26,392 nt of DNA from contig JACRKZ010000035.1 of NCBI GenBank assembly GCA_016235455.1, positions 1-26,392 on the forward strand. The letters are read 5' to 3'. Source of the DNA: Armatimonadota bacterium. GTDB lineage: Bacteria; Armatimonadota; UBA10988. The position numbers were made by a program, and so were the translations under genes. This document shows, piece by piece, positions 1 to 8,437 of the stretch. The notes under the pieces are model-generated. The model was not told where the DNA came from, made no database searches, and saw only the letters and a program-made list of their open reading frames with translations. Positions within the stretch are counted from its first letter, which is position 1; each line of letters opens with the position of its first letter.

Positions 1-2829
1 CAGGCTGAGGCAGCTGGGCGAGTACGCCGACCCGCACGCGCTGCCGCGGTACATGGGCCAGGTCAGCGCGCCGCGTTGGTCGGCCTCGCGCAGGCGGCGC
101 AGGTCGTCCCAGGCCTGGGCGATGCGCGGTTGCCGTTCGGTAGGCACGGCGCGGCGCTCCAGGTCCCGCAGCAGGCGCTCGGCGTCGGGGAACTGGCGGC
201 CCTCGACGCAACTGCGCGCAAAAGCGAAGAGCAGCACCTCGCTGGCCTCGCGGCGCTCGGCCTCGCGCTTGAGCCGCTCGCGGACCGAGGCGTCGCGGCC
301 GAGGCGACCGAGCGCCATGGCGGCGTTCCACTTGGATTCCTCGCTGCCCGAACGCAGACTGCGCAGCAGGAGGTCGGCGCTACGGGTGCGGTCGATCTCG
401 GCCAGGGCTTCGGCGGCTTGTTCGCGAACCTCCTCGACTTCAGCGGACTGCACTTGCTCGACCAGCGGCAGCACGGCGTGGCGCGCGCCGAGTTGGCCCA
501 GCGCGTAGGCCGCCTGCTGCTGCTGTACCGCGTCGCCCTGGGTCAGGGTGACCACGATCTGCTGGTCGACTTCGCCCAGCAGCGCCAGAGCGGTCTCGCG
601 CACCGTGGGCTCGGCCTCCTGCAGACTGGCCAGGAGTGTGGGTAGCACGGCTTGATGGTCGAGCCGGCTGATCATCGCACGGAGCGCATCGCGCAGTTCG
701 GGTTGGGGCGAGTAGAGCAGGTCGATGCACAGCACCATCTGCTGGCTGACGGACAGCTCGCTGGCCCGCTGGAACCAGTAGTCGACCTCGAAATTCTCGG
801 CGGCCGCGCTGCGGATGGCCAGCTCCAACTCCTCGGGCGTGAAGCTCAGCCGACGCCGCACCTGGTGGATGAGACCCAGCTTCTCCTTGTCCAGCAGCAG
901 ACCGAACCGCTCGAAGTTGTTCAGCTCGCGGTGCAGCAGGTCGTCGACGTCCTTGGCTTCGGTCTCCGCGGCCTTCAGGTACGGCTCCAGCCAGCCAGCC
1001 ACATACTCGTGGCGCAGCTCCCAGGCGTCTTTCTCGCCCAGGCTCAGGCGGTGCAGGAGCTTCTGCTCCTCGAGCGCCTCGAGCACTTCGCGCACCGTGT
1101 CCAGGTCAGTGCCCGTGTCGACCGCGCACTCCTCGGCCGTGAGCACGGCCTTGGTGCGCTGCGCGGTGACGCAGTTGACCAGAATGCTGCGCGCGAGCGT
1201 CTGCCGACGGAACCAGAAGCCGCGCAGGCGCTGGTCGAGGATGCCGCCGATCATGCGCCGCGCCGGGCCGATGCGCCGGTAGACCTCGTAGCCGATGCGT
1301 GTCTCGTCCTCCTCGACCGCGTTGTGCAGCACGTCGCAGGCGAGTTGCAGTTCGACGGGCAGAATGCCGTCCACGGTGCTCAGGTCGTCGAGCACATGCG
1401 TGGTCACCAGTTCGTCGAACCGCAGCCGGAACCGGCCCAGCGAGCGTTGGATGGCGTGGTAGGCCTGGTCGCGCGTCAGCCGCGGCAGGTCCACGACTTC
1501 GGTGTAGATGGTCGGCAGCACCGGCTGCAGCTCCACCAGCCGGTGGAAGAACTCGCGCTGAACGACGATGAGCAGATGGATCAGGTCGCCGGGGATCGAC
1601 AGCAGTTCGGCCACCTGCTGCGCGAAATCGAGTCGGGTCTGCGAGCCGAGGCGCGTGAACAGCTCCTGGGCCTGGTCGAGCACCAGCACCACGGGCCGGT
1701 CGTAGGTGTCAGCCAGGATGGTCGCCGCCTCGGCCAGGTTGACTGCTTCACGGCCGGCTGGCAGCAGGACTTTCGCGGCCTCGAACAGCGCGGCGATGGG
1801 GTCGTTGAGGCAGCGCGCGTAGACGCCTTCGTACTCGTGCAGCCGCAGCCAGGGGATGACGCCGGCCGCGGCGAGAGAGGTCTTGCCGACGCCCGACTCG
1901 CCGGTGAGCACGGTCAATGGGGAGACCAGGCAGCGCCCGCTGAGGCGCACGACATCGTCGTCGCGCGCGGGCAGCAGGTGGCCCTCCTCCTCGGTGTAGG
2001 GATCGAGGAACTTGAACGGGCGCGGCGGCCGTCGGCGTGTGCCGGCGCGTGTCTTCATCATCTCCTGGGCGGCCAGCATGTCGGCCGACGGGCGCGCATG
2101 GAGGTCGTGCGCCTCCACTTCGCGGAAGGGCATGCCGCAGGCCAGCAGGATGTTGCGGACGGCCTTGAGCGCTTCGTCGCACCACGGCAGGAACACCGCC
2201 TCCGCCGCACGGCGCTGGGCACGCTCGGTGCTGGTCAGATCGATGCGCATGACGCCCTCGCGGGGGTCGATGAGCCCCACGGAGACGCCGTACTCATTCG
2301 GCCAGCGTTCGACCTTGTCCGGCTCCAGCTCGGCCTTGGGTGGCAGCGGGCAGTCGGTGTGTTCGGGGTCGAGCCGCTCGGCCACGTGCAGCACCGCGAC
2401 CACGCGGTGCAGGTCGACCGCGCAGCCGCCCAGGTAGGCCCAGCGTGGCGCGCGTGGCAGGCGGGTGATGTCGTTGGCTACCTCGCACACTCTGCGCAGC
2501 GTGGCGGCGAAGGTCTGGTCGAGCGACCAGTGGTCGGGCTCGCGGATCAGCCATTGGCGCGCGAACTGCCCCTCGGCGCTGAGATCGTGCGCGGCGCAGG
2601 CGCAGAGCAGCAAGCGGATCTCGGCCGGCGCCAGTGTGCCCAGCACGCGTTCGGGGATCATCCGCGCGGCGCAGGTCTCCGCCGTGCGCCAGTGGTCCTC
2701 GCCGTGGGCGGCGGTCAGGCGGCCTTCGGCCAGGGCCACGCGCAGCCGGTCGCGGAAGGCCAGCCACGCGTCGTAGTCCGCTTCTGATCGTGCCAGAAGC
2801 GAGCCGGCCAACATGCCCGGCTGTTCCAT
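1..2829 (-). CDS. STAND NTPase (nSTAND1-like) with N-terminal degenerate HD-type domain, HEAT repeats and probable C-terminal PQQ-like beta-propeller; 3'-truncated by window edge (>943 aa)
   Basis: Absent from the ORF track because it has no stop in the window; translated by hand from ATG at 2829, with GGAG 7 nt upstream and an open frame to position 1. Motifs: AHGEDHW...LLLCACAAHDL (HD-like); PFKFLDPYTEEE; Walker A LTGESGVGKTSL (GESGVGKT at 1902-1879); Walker B PVVLVLDQAQELFT; GILPVELQLAC; WELRHEYV; HEAT-like VRETALALLGE, QQAAYALGQLG, VREQAAEALAEI, KWNAAMALGRL; WPMYRG at 60-43. Confidence 0.9.
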   Translation of the reverse strand, partial: MEQPGMLAGSLLARSEADYDAWLAFRDRLRVALAEGRLTAAHGEDHWRTAETCAARMIPERVLGTLAPAEIRLLLCACAAHDLSAEGQFARQWLIREPDHWSLDQTFAATLRRVCEVANDITRLPRAPRWAYLGGCAVDLHRVVAVLHVAERLDPEHTDCPLPPKAELEPDKVERWPNEYGVSVGLIDPREGVMRIDLTSTERAQRRAAEAVFLPWCDEALKAVRNILLACGMPFREVEAHDLHARPSADMLAAQEMMKTRAGTRRRPPRPFKFLDPYTEEEGHLLPARDDDVVRLSGRCLVSPLTVLTGESGVGKTSLAAAGVIPWLRLHEYEGVYARCLNDPIAALFEAAKVLLPAGREAVNLAEAATILADTYDRPVVLVLDQAQELFTRLGSQTRLDFAQQVAELLSIPGDLIHLLIVVQREFFHRLVELQPVLPTIYTEVVDLPRLTRDQAYHAIQRSLGRFRLRFDELVTTHVLDDLSTVDGILPVELQLACDVLHNAVEEDETRIGYEVYRRIGPARRMIGGILDQRLRGFWFRRQTLARSILVNCVTAQRTKAVLTAEECAVDTGTDLDTVREVLEALEEQKLLHRLSLGEKDAWELRHEYVAGWLEPYLKAAETEAKDVDDLLHRELNNFERFGLLLDKEKLGLIHQVRRRLSFTPEELELAIRSAAAENFEVDYWFQRASELSVSQQMVLCIDLLYSPQPELRDALRAMISRLDHQAVLPTLLASLQEAEPTVRETALALLGEVDQQIVVTLTQGDAVQQQQAAYALGQLGARHAVLPLVEQVQSAEVEEVREQAAEALAEIDRTRSADLLLRSLRSGSEESKWNAAMALGRLGRDASVRERLKREAERREASEVLLFAFARSCVEGRQFPDAERLLRDLERRAVPTERQPRIAQAWDDLRRLREADQRGALTWPMYRGSACGSAYSPSCLSL

Positions 2830-2844
2830 GCCACTGCTCCCAGG

Positions 2845-5496
2845 CTAGTCGCTCGCCGGGGCCAGGAGGGCATCCAACCGGCTGAGCGCCGTTTCATCCA
2901 AGCCGCCGCGCAGCGCCGCCTCGCGGTCGGCGGACAGTTGCGGCCAGTGTGCCAGCCAGAGCGCGGGCCGAGGGTCGCCGCCCAAGGCCAGGGCTTGCCG
3001 GGCCGCGGCGAGCGCCACGCCGGCATCGCTGGCCGTGACCATGGTCTCCAGCAGCAGCGGCAGGTCATCGGGCCCGAACTCGGCGTGGACGTTGAAGGCC
3101 ACCCACTGATAGGGCTGCTCGCCCACCGAGGCCATGCGCGTGAACCGCAGCAGGTCCCCGTCGTCCAGGGCACGGTCTTGCCCCGAGCGCAGGCTGGCCA
3201 ACTCAAAGTAGCACCCGGCGCCGTGCAGGTCTACCAACATACCGACAATCGCGTCGCGGTCATCGATGAACAGCGGCCCGTCGAGTCGGCCGCAGACATA
3301 ACCGGTCTCCGGCGCGCCGGCAGTCTCCACGCCCATGGCCATGCCGCGGCGCAGCAGCAGCCGCACGTAGCGGTTGGGCGCGAAGTCGGCCTTCTCCGCG
3401 AAGATGCGCTGGGGCAGCAGAATGCCGAAGCCTTGCAGTTTGGCGCGCTGCTGGCCATCCGGGCCAGCCTGGACGGATACGACAAAGCCTTCGTGCCAGG
3501 AGATGTCGACCGCGCGCAGTGCCTCGCGGGCCACGGCGGCGCAGGCGGCGGCCTCGGGGTCGCCTGTGCCTTCGGCGGCGACCAGGGCGGTGATCAGGTC
3601 GTTCACCGCCGGCCGGTCCTCGGGCGCTCGGCGCCAGGTCACAAACGCCGCGGCGAATTCCGACCAGGGCGCGCCCAGCTCGACGAACCAAGCCACCAAC
3701 CGGCGGCGGGCCGCCTCGTCCAGGCTGGTGTCGTTGAGCCGGCGCGTGAGCGCGGCGGACAGGCCCGGCAGTTCGCCCGGTTCGAACTGGTCGAGCATCT
3801 GGCACAGCTCGGCGGCGCTGGCCTGCTCGATGCGATGGTGCACGCCGGCGAACAGATTGGCGCCGATGCCGGCCAGTTCCACACGCAGTTCGTCGCGCGT
3901 GCGCAGCGACTCGACCAGCCGCAGCGCGGTGTTCATCTGCTGCTCGTCTGGCGCGGCGCTCGGCGCGGTGCGCTCCGCGGCGCGCGACAGCCAGTGCGTC
4001 ACCTCGGTGCGGGCGTCGGCGTCGGCCAGCAGCGCCTCCAACTGGCCCTGGTTCTGCAGGTGCCAGAGGCAGGCCCAGCCCGAGCGCTCCGGCAGGTCCT
4101 CGTCGCGCAACATGCGCAGCACGTCGTCCGGGCTCAGTCCGGTGGTCACCGGCTCCATGAGTCGCTGCACGACCTCAGCGTCGATGGCCTTGCCCCGAAT
4201 CTCCTGCAGCAGCGGCAGCAGCGACACGAGCACCTCGGCGGGCACCGGCTCCTCGCCGTCAAGCAGCGATTCCACCCAACTCGTGAAGGTCTCGGCATTG
4301 CCCGGCGCGGCCAGCGCGTTGGCCAGATCGGGATGGCCGCTCAGCGTGGGTACCAGCAGGCGCGTGAAGCCAGGCGACAGGCGGTCGCGCAGATGGTGGA
4401 GCTGATTGGCCAGGCTCTCGGCATCCAGGCTGGCCAGCAGCCGCGCCAGGCAACGGCGCAGCGGCGCGTGAAGCAGTTCGCGGCTCCACAGGTCGTCCAT
4501 GGTGGCGATGGCCGTGGTCATCACGTAGCCATAGCCCGAACGGCGCTGCTCCACATGCCGCACCACGCGCTGCAGCCAGGGCTCGGCCTCGGCGTCGCTG
4601 TCTTCTGACGAGAGCAGATTGTGGCAGGCAGGCACCGCCGCCAGGTTGCGCAGCAGGCTCAATCCGAACGGCAGCAGGTACTGCGTCCAGCGCACCGGGA
4701 AGCCTTCGGCCAGCAGCAGCTTGAGGCAGGCCACGGCGCCGGTCGATGTCTCCTGGTCCTCTTCGTCGACCGCGCGCACCAGCGCGTCGGCCATCTGAGA
4801 CAGGTAGATCTGCACCTCGTCGTCGAAGTAGACCTGCCGGATGCGGTCGACCAGTTCGCGGCGCGTGTCGGGCGATAGGCGCCGGTCGAACACGCGCGAC
4901 ACCAGCGCCGAGAGCGTGGCCCGCATGTTGCGTTCGGCCAACAGCCCGGCGGCGTGCGACGCTTCCTCGTCGAGGTCGGTCTTGTAGAGGATGCCCAGCA
5001 GGCGGCGGTTCTCCTCTTCGTCGTCACCCTCGCGGCGTTCGGTGCGTTGGGCCACGGGTTCGGGCGTCCAGTTGTCCGGCCGGGCCACGGCGGCGCGGAA
5101 GCCGCGCTCATCCTCGATGAGGAAGTTCAGCTCGATCTCGTCGCCCACGCGCAGGCTCTCCGAGCGCAGGTGCGGCACGAAGTCGGCGCGGCGGAACTTG
5201 ACGCGGAAGCCATCGTCCGTGAGCGCCACGCCGCCGTCGTCGTCGAGCAGCTCAATGCGCGCGTCGTAGCGGTCGACCTCGTCCAGCGCCGCCAGGGAGA
5301 TGTCTTCGGCCGTCAGCCCTTCGCGGTTCTGGCCGACCTGGAAGCGCACCGCGCAGCCCGGCGCCGGCGAGGCCGAGGTGCGGAAATGTGACAAGTGGAA
5401 GAACACATCCGACCCGTCCGAGCGGGTGATGAACCCGTACCCCTTGCGCGGATTGTAGAACTTGATGATCCCTAGCTCACGCCCATCACCGTCCAT
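2845..5496 (-). CDS. Large cold-shock/OB-fold domain protein (883 aa): N-terminal CSD, further degenerate OB-like segments, long alpha-helical core
   Basis: ORF 2845..5529, start moved to ATG 5496 (GGGAG upstream). The N-terminus GIIKFYNPRKGYGFITRSDGSDVFFHLSHF carries the CSD RNP1 (KGYGFI) and RNP2 (VFFH) motifs. The central part is Leu/Ala-rich and helical. Confidence 0.85.
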   Translation of the reverse strand: MDGDGRELGIIKFYNPRKGYGFITRSDGSDVFFHLSHFRTSASPAPGCAVRFQVGQNREGLTAEDISLAALDEVDRYDARIELLDDDGGVALTDDGFRVKFRRADFVPHLRSESLRVGDEIELNFLIEDERGFRAAVARPDNWTPEPVAQRTERREGDDEEENRRLLGILYKTDLDEEASHAAGLLAERNMRATLSALVSRVFDRRLSPDTRRELVDRIRQVYFDDEVQIYLSQMADALVRAVDEEDQETSTGAVACLKLLLAEGFPVRWTQYLLPFGLSLLRNLAAVPACHNLLSSEDSDAEAEPWLQRVVRHVEQRRSGYGYVMTTAIATMDDLWSRELLHAPLRRCLARLLASLDAESLANQLHHLRDRLSPGFTRLLVPTLSGHPDLANALAAPGNAETFTSWVESLLDGEEPVPAEVLVSLLPLLQEIRGKAIDAEVVQRLMEPVTTGLSPDDVLRMLRDEDLPERSGWACLWHLQNQGQLEALLADADARTEVTHWLSRAAERTAPSAAPDEQQMNTALRLVESLRTRDELRVELAGIGANLFAGVHHRIEQASAAELCQMLDQFEPGELPGLSAALTRRLNDTSLDEAARRRLVAWFVELGAPWSEFAAAFVTWRRAPEDRPAVNDLITALVAAEGTGDPEAAACAAVAREALRAVDISWHEGFVVSVQAGPDGQQRAKLQGFGILLPQRIFAEKADFAPNRYVRLLLRRGMAMGVETAGAPETGYVCGRLDGPLFIDDRDAIVGMLVDLHGAGCYFELASLRSGQDRALDDGDLLRFTRMASVGEQPYQWVAFNVHAEFGPDDLPLLLETMVTASDAGVALAAARQALALGGDPRPALWLAHWPQLSADREAALRGGLDETALSRLDALLAPASD

Positions 5497-5531
5497 GACA
5501 CCACTCTCCCGCCGAGCAATCAAGCCCAATG

Positions 5532-5560
5532 AGGTTACTCTTCGCCAGCTTCAGGGGCAA
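5532..5560 (-). promoter_or_regulatory. Candidate sigma70 promoter for the CSD-protein/STAND operon
   Basis: Minus strand TTGCCC (5560-5555) - 17 nt - TAACCT (5537-5532), 35 nt upstream of ATG 5496, in a locally AT-richer stretch. Confidence 0.5.
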
Positions 5561-5715
5561 TCCTTCCGTTGTCTGAGCGATCTGGGCAGGCTGGGTGCGG
5601 TGGTGGAGTTGGGGGGCTGGGGCCGGCGGTCGGCGCAGTCCGGCGCGTCCGACAATCCGCCCCAACGCGAGCGCGGCTGCCGATCGTGCCCGCCGATCGT
5701 TGCCGCGCAAGGGCT

Positions 5716-5721
5716 TACAAT
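5716..5721 (+). promoter_or_regulatory. Candidate -10 element of copA
   Basis: TACAAT 20 nt before ATG 5742, followed by GGAG. No canonical -35 at 17 nt spacing. Confidence 0.35.
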
Positions 5722-5741
5722 GACCGCACACGGAGCGACCA

Positions 5742-7889
5742 ATGGCCAGGGCTGACGGGACCGAAGTGGTGCGACTGGCGGTAGGCGGCATGAAGTGCGC
5801 CGGCTGCTCCGCCGCGCTGGAACAGGCACTGAGTGGCGCGGCCGGTGTCGAGCGCGCGGCGGTCAGCTTCGGCAACAGCTCGGCGGAGGTGACCTTCGAC
5901 CCCGAGCGCATCGACCTCGATGGCCTGCTGGTGGTGGTGCGCGACACGGGCTTCCAGGCCACGCTGGCCGGCGACCAGGCCGATGCGGAGCAGGAAGCGG
6001 CGCACGGGCGAGAGATGGCGGCGCTGCGTCTACGGCTGGCCGTGGCCGTGCCCGTCTCGCTCGTGCTCATGGCCGGCATGTGGCTGGGTCCGCTGGGGCT
6101 GGCCGCGCAGGCGGCTCTGGCCCTGCCGGTGTGGGCCTGGGCCGGCTGGCCCTACCACCGCGGCGCTGTGTTGGCCGCGCGCCGGCGTCGGGCCGACATG
6201 AACAGCCTCATCTCGCTGGGCTCGAGCGTGGCTTACCTGGCCAGCTTGGGCATGTGGGCGCGCGGCGCCCACCACACCCATCTGTACTTCGACACGAGCG
6301 CGATGATCGTCGCCTTCATCCTCATCGGTCGTTACCTGGAATCTCACGCGCGCTACCGCACCCGCGCCGAGTTGCGCGCTCTGCTGGCGCTGCGGCCGCA
6401 CGAGGCCCGGGTCTGGCGCGACGACCAGTGGCTCATGCTGCCCGTGGAGCAGGTGCTCATGGGCGACCTGCTGGAGGTGCGGCCCGGCGAGTCGGTGCCG
6501 GCCGATGGCGTGGTGACCGAGGGGCAGGGCGATGTCGACGAAAGCCCGGTGACGGGCGAGAGCGTGCCGGTGCTCAGGCAGGCGGGCGACACGGTGGTGG
6601 GCGGCACGCTCAACCTGACCGGCCGGCTGCATGTGCGGGCCGAGGCCGTGGGCGCGGCCACCATGCTCGGTCGCATCATCGCTATCGTGCGCGCGGCTCA
6701 AGGCAGCAAGGCCCCCATCCAGCGTGTGGCCGACCGCGTCGCGGCGGTGTTCGTACCGGTCATCGTGGCCGTCGCCGGCCTGACCTTCCTAGGCTGGCTG
6801 GGCTCCGGCATCGAGCCGGCACTGACCCGCGCCGTGGCCGTGCTGGTCATCGCCTGTCCGTGCGCCGTGGGTCTGGCCACGCCGACCGCCATCATGGTGG
6901 GCACCGGGCGGGGCGCGCGGCTGGGTCTGCTGATCAAGGGCGGCAGTGTGCTGGAAGCCGCCGCCAGCGCCACGCGCGTCGTCTTCGACAAGACCGGCAC
7001 GCTGACCGCGGGCCGGCCCGAGGTGGTGGCGCGACTGGCCTTCGACGGCGATGCCGAAGCTCTGCTGCGGCTGGCCGCGGCGGTGGAGCAGGCCAGCGAG
7101 CATCCCTTCGGCCAGGCCATTCTGCGGGCCGCACAAGGGCTTAATGTGCTCAGCGCGACGGACTTCGCCGCGTTGCCGGGCCGCGGCGCCCGCGCCGTTG
7201 TGGACGGTCGGCTGATTGAGGTCGGCCGACCCGAGGATCTGCTGGGCGACCTCACCTTGCCCGCCGACTGGGCGGAGCAGGGCTGGTCGCCGCTGGCCGT
7301 GCGCGTGGACGGCGTCACGCTGGGCGCGCTGGCCCTGGCCGATGTGCCGCGAGCGGAGGCGGCCGCGGTGCTGCGCAGCCTGGCTGGCATGGGTTTGAAG
7401 ACGGCCATGCTCACCGGGGACGACGGTGCGGTGGCCCGTGCCGTGGCGGCTGGCCTGGCCATCGACGAGGTCGCCGCGCGGCTGCAGCCGGAGCAGAAGG
7501 GCGAGCGGCTGACCGCCTGGCGCGCGGCGGGCGAGCGCGTGGTGATGGTCGGCGACGGCATCAACGACGCACCGGCCCTGGCCCTGGCCGATGTGGGCAT
7601 CGCCATGAGCGGCGGCACCGAGGTGGCGCTGGAAGCGGGCGATATCGCGCTCACTCAGCCCGACCTGCGGGGCGTGGTGTCGGCGCTGGCGCTCAGTCGG
7701 GCGGTCATGGCGACCATCCGCGCCAACCTGTTCTGGGCCTTTGGCTACAACGTGGTCATGGTGCCTCTGGCCATGGGCCTGGTGCCCGGCTGGCAGATCG
7801 GCCCAATGTGGGCGGCGGCGGCCATGGCGGCCAGCTCGGTGACGGTGGTCGGCAACAGCCTGCGTCTGCGCGGCTGGCGGCCAGGCTAG
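5742..7889 (+). CDS. copA: Copper-translocating P1B-type ATPase
   Basis: HMA domain GMKCAGC, TGES, CPC, DKTGTLT, SEHP, GDGINDAPAL, plus YN and MAASS transmembrane motifs typical of Cu(I) P1B-1 pumps. Confidence 0.92.
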   Translation: MARADGTEVVRLAVGGMKCAGCSAALEQALSGAAGVERAAVSFGNSSAEVTFDPERIDLDGLLVVVRDTGFQATLAGDQADAEQEAAHGREMAALRLRLAVAVPVSLVLMAGMWLGPLGLAAQAALALPVWAWAGWPYHRGAVLAARRRRADMNSLISLGSSVAYLASLGMWARGAHHTHLYFDTSAMIVAFILIGRYLESHARYRTRAELRALLALRPHEARVWRDDQWLMLPVEQVLMGDLLEVRPGESVPADGVVTEGQGDVDESPVTGESVPVLRQAGDTVVGGTLNLTGRLHVRAEAVGAATMLGRIIAIVRAAQGSKAPIQRVADRVAAVFVPVIVAVAGLTFLGWLGSGIEPALTRAVAVLVIACPCAVGLATPTAIMVGTGRGARLGLLIKGGSVLEAAASATRVVFDKTGTLTAGRPEVVARLAFDGDAEALLRLAAAVEQASEHPFGQAILRAAQGLNVLSATDFAALPGRGARAVVDGRLIEVGRPEDLLGDLTLPADWAEQGWSPLAVRVDGVTLGALALADVPRAEAAAVLRSLAGMGLKTAMLTGDDGAVARAVAAGLAIDEVAARLQPEQKGERLTAWRAAGERVVMVGDGINDAPALALADVGIAMSGGTEVALEAGDIALTQPDLRGVVSALALSRAVMATIRANLFWAFGYNVVMVPLAMGLVPGWQIGPMWAAAAMAASSVTVVGNSLRLRGWRPG

Positions 7890-8437
7890 TCGAGCGGCAC
7901 GGCGTCGAGCACCGTGGCGGTCAGCGCCGCATCGCCGCCGGCGGGCAGCAGCACGCCCACCACCACCATGGCGCCGGTGCCCGTCTCGGCGACGGCCAGC
8001 CGGCCGTGCAATGTGCCGGAGCGATCCTCGGGCTCGACCGCATCCACGTCCAGCCAGCGTCCGCGCCGTGCGCCGTCACGCGACCAGTCGCCGGCGGCTT
8101 TGGCCTGCCGAGGCCAACGCAGGAACGAGGCGCGTAGGCGGGCCAGCATCGCGCCCGCGACATCGGCGCCCTGCCGAGTCCGCAGGCGCGCCACTTCGGC
8201 GGGCGTGTAGCGGCAGTAGACCACCAAGGGCGCCGTGGCGCCGTCGGGCGCATAGACCTGCACCAGGTCGCGTTCGGGCGCCACCTGCGGCCGGGGTTCA
8301 TAGCGCACCCAGCCGGCCGGCAGCCATTTGGGCGCCGATGCGGCGCGCGGCAAGGGGCCGATCTCGATCGGCGGCTCGGGTTGGGCACAGCCGCCCAACA
8401 GGCCCGCGACAACCAGCAGCAGCAGGCTAGGGCGCAC
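7886..8437 (-). CDS. Hypothetical lipoprotein (183 aa)
   Basis: Within ORF 7886..8548. A GTG start at 8437 gives MRPSLLLLVVAGLLGGC (lipobox LGGC) and overlaps the upstream gene end by 11 nt. Confidence 0.65.
   Translation of the reverse strand: MRPSLLLLVVAGLLGGCAQPEPPIEIGPLPRAASAPKWLPAGWVRYEPRPQVAPERDLVQVYAPDGATAPLVVYCRYTPAEVARLRTRQGADVAGAMLARLRASFLRWPRQAKAAGDWSRDGARRGRWLDVDAVEPEDRSGTLHGRLAVAETGTGAMVVVGVLLPAGGDAALTATVLDAVPLD

Noticed and set aside
652-2787. 711-aa plus-strand ORF (and 76..645)
   Set aside because: Codon-aligned antisense shadow of the minus-strand STAND gene; no motifs of its own.
2938-4608. 556-aa plus-strand ORF and other long overlapping ORFs (e.g. 9200..10609, 12525..13844, 18509..20347, 23733..25073)
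   Set aside because: Antisense or off-frame shadows expected at this GC content; each overlaps a gene with clear family motifs.
5526-5530. CCAAT/ATTGG Y-box next to the CSD-gene promoter (autoregulation)
   Set aside because: A single 5-mer is not significant, and it lies just upstream of the predicted TSS.
5584-5622. G-run cluster (possible G-quadruplex or CsoR-type operator)
   Set aside because: Irregular loops and no C-tract/G-tract dyad around an AT core; expected by chance in GC-rich DNA.
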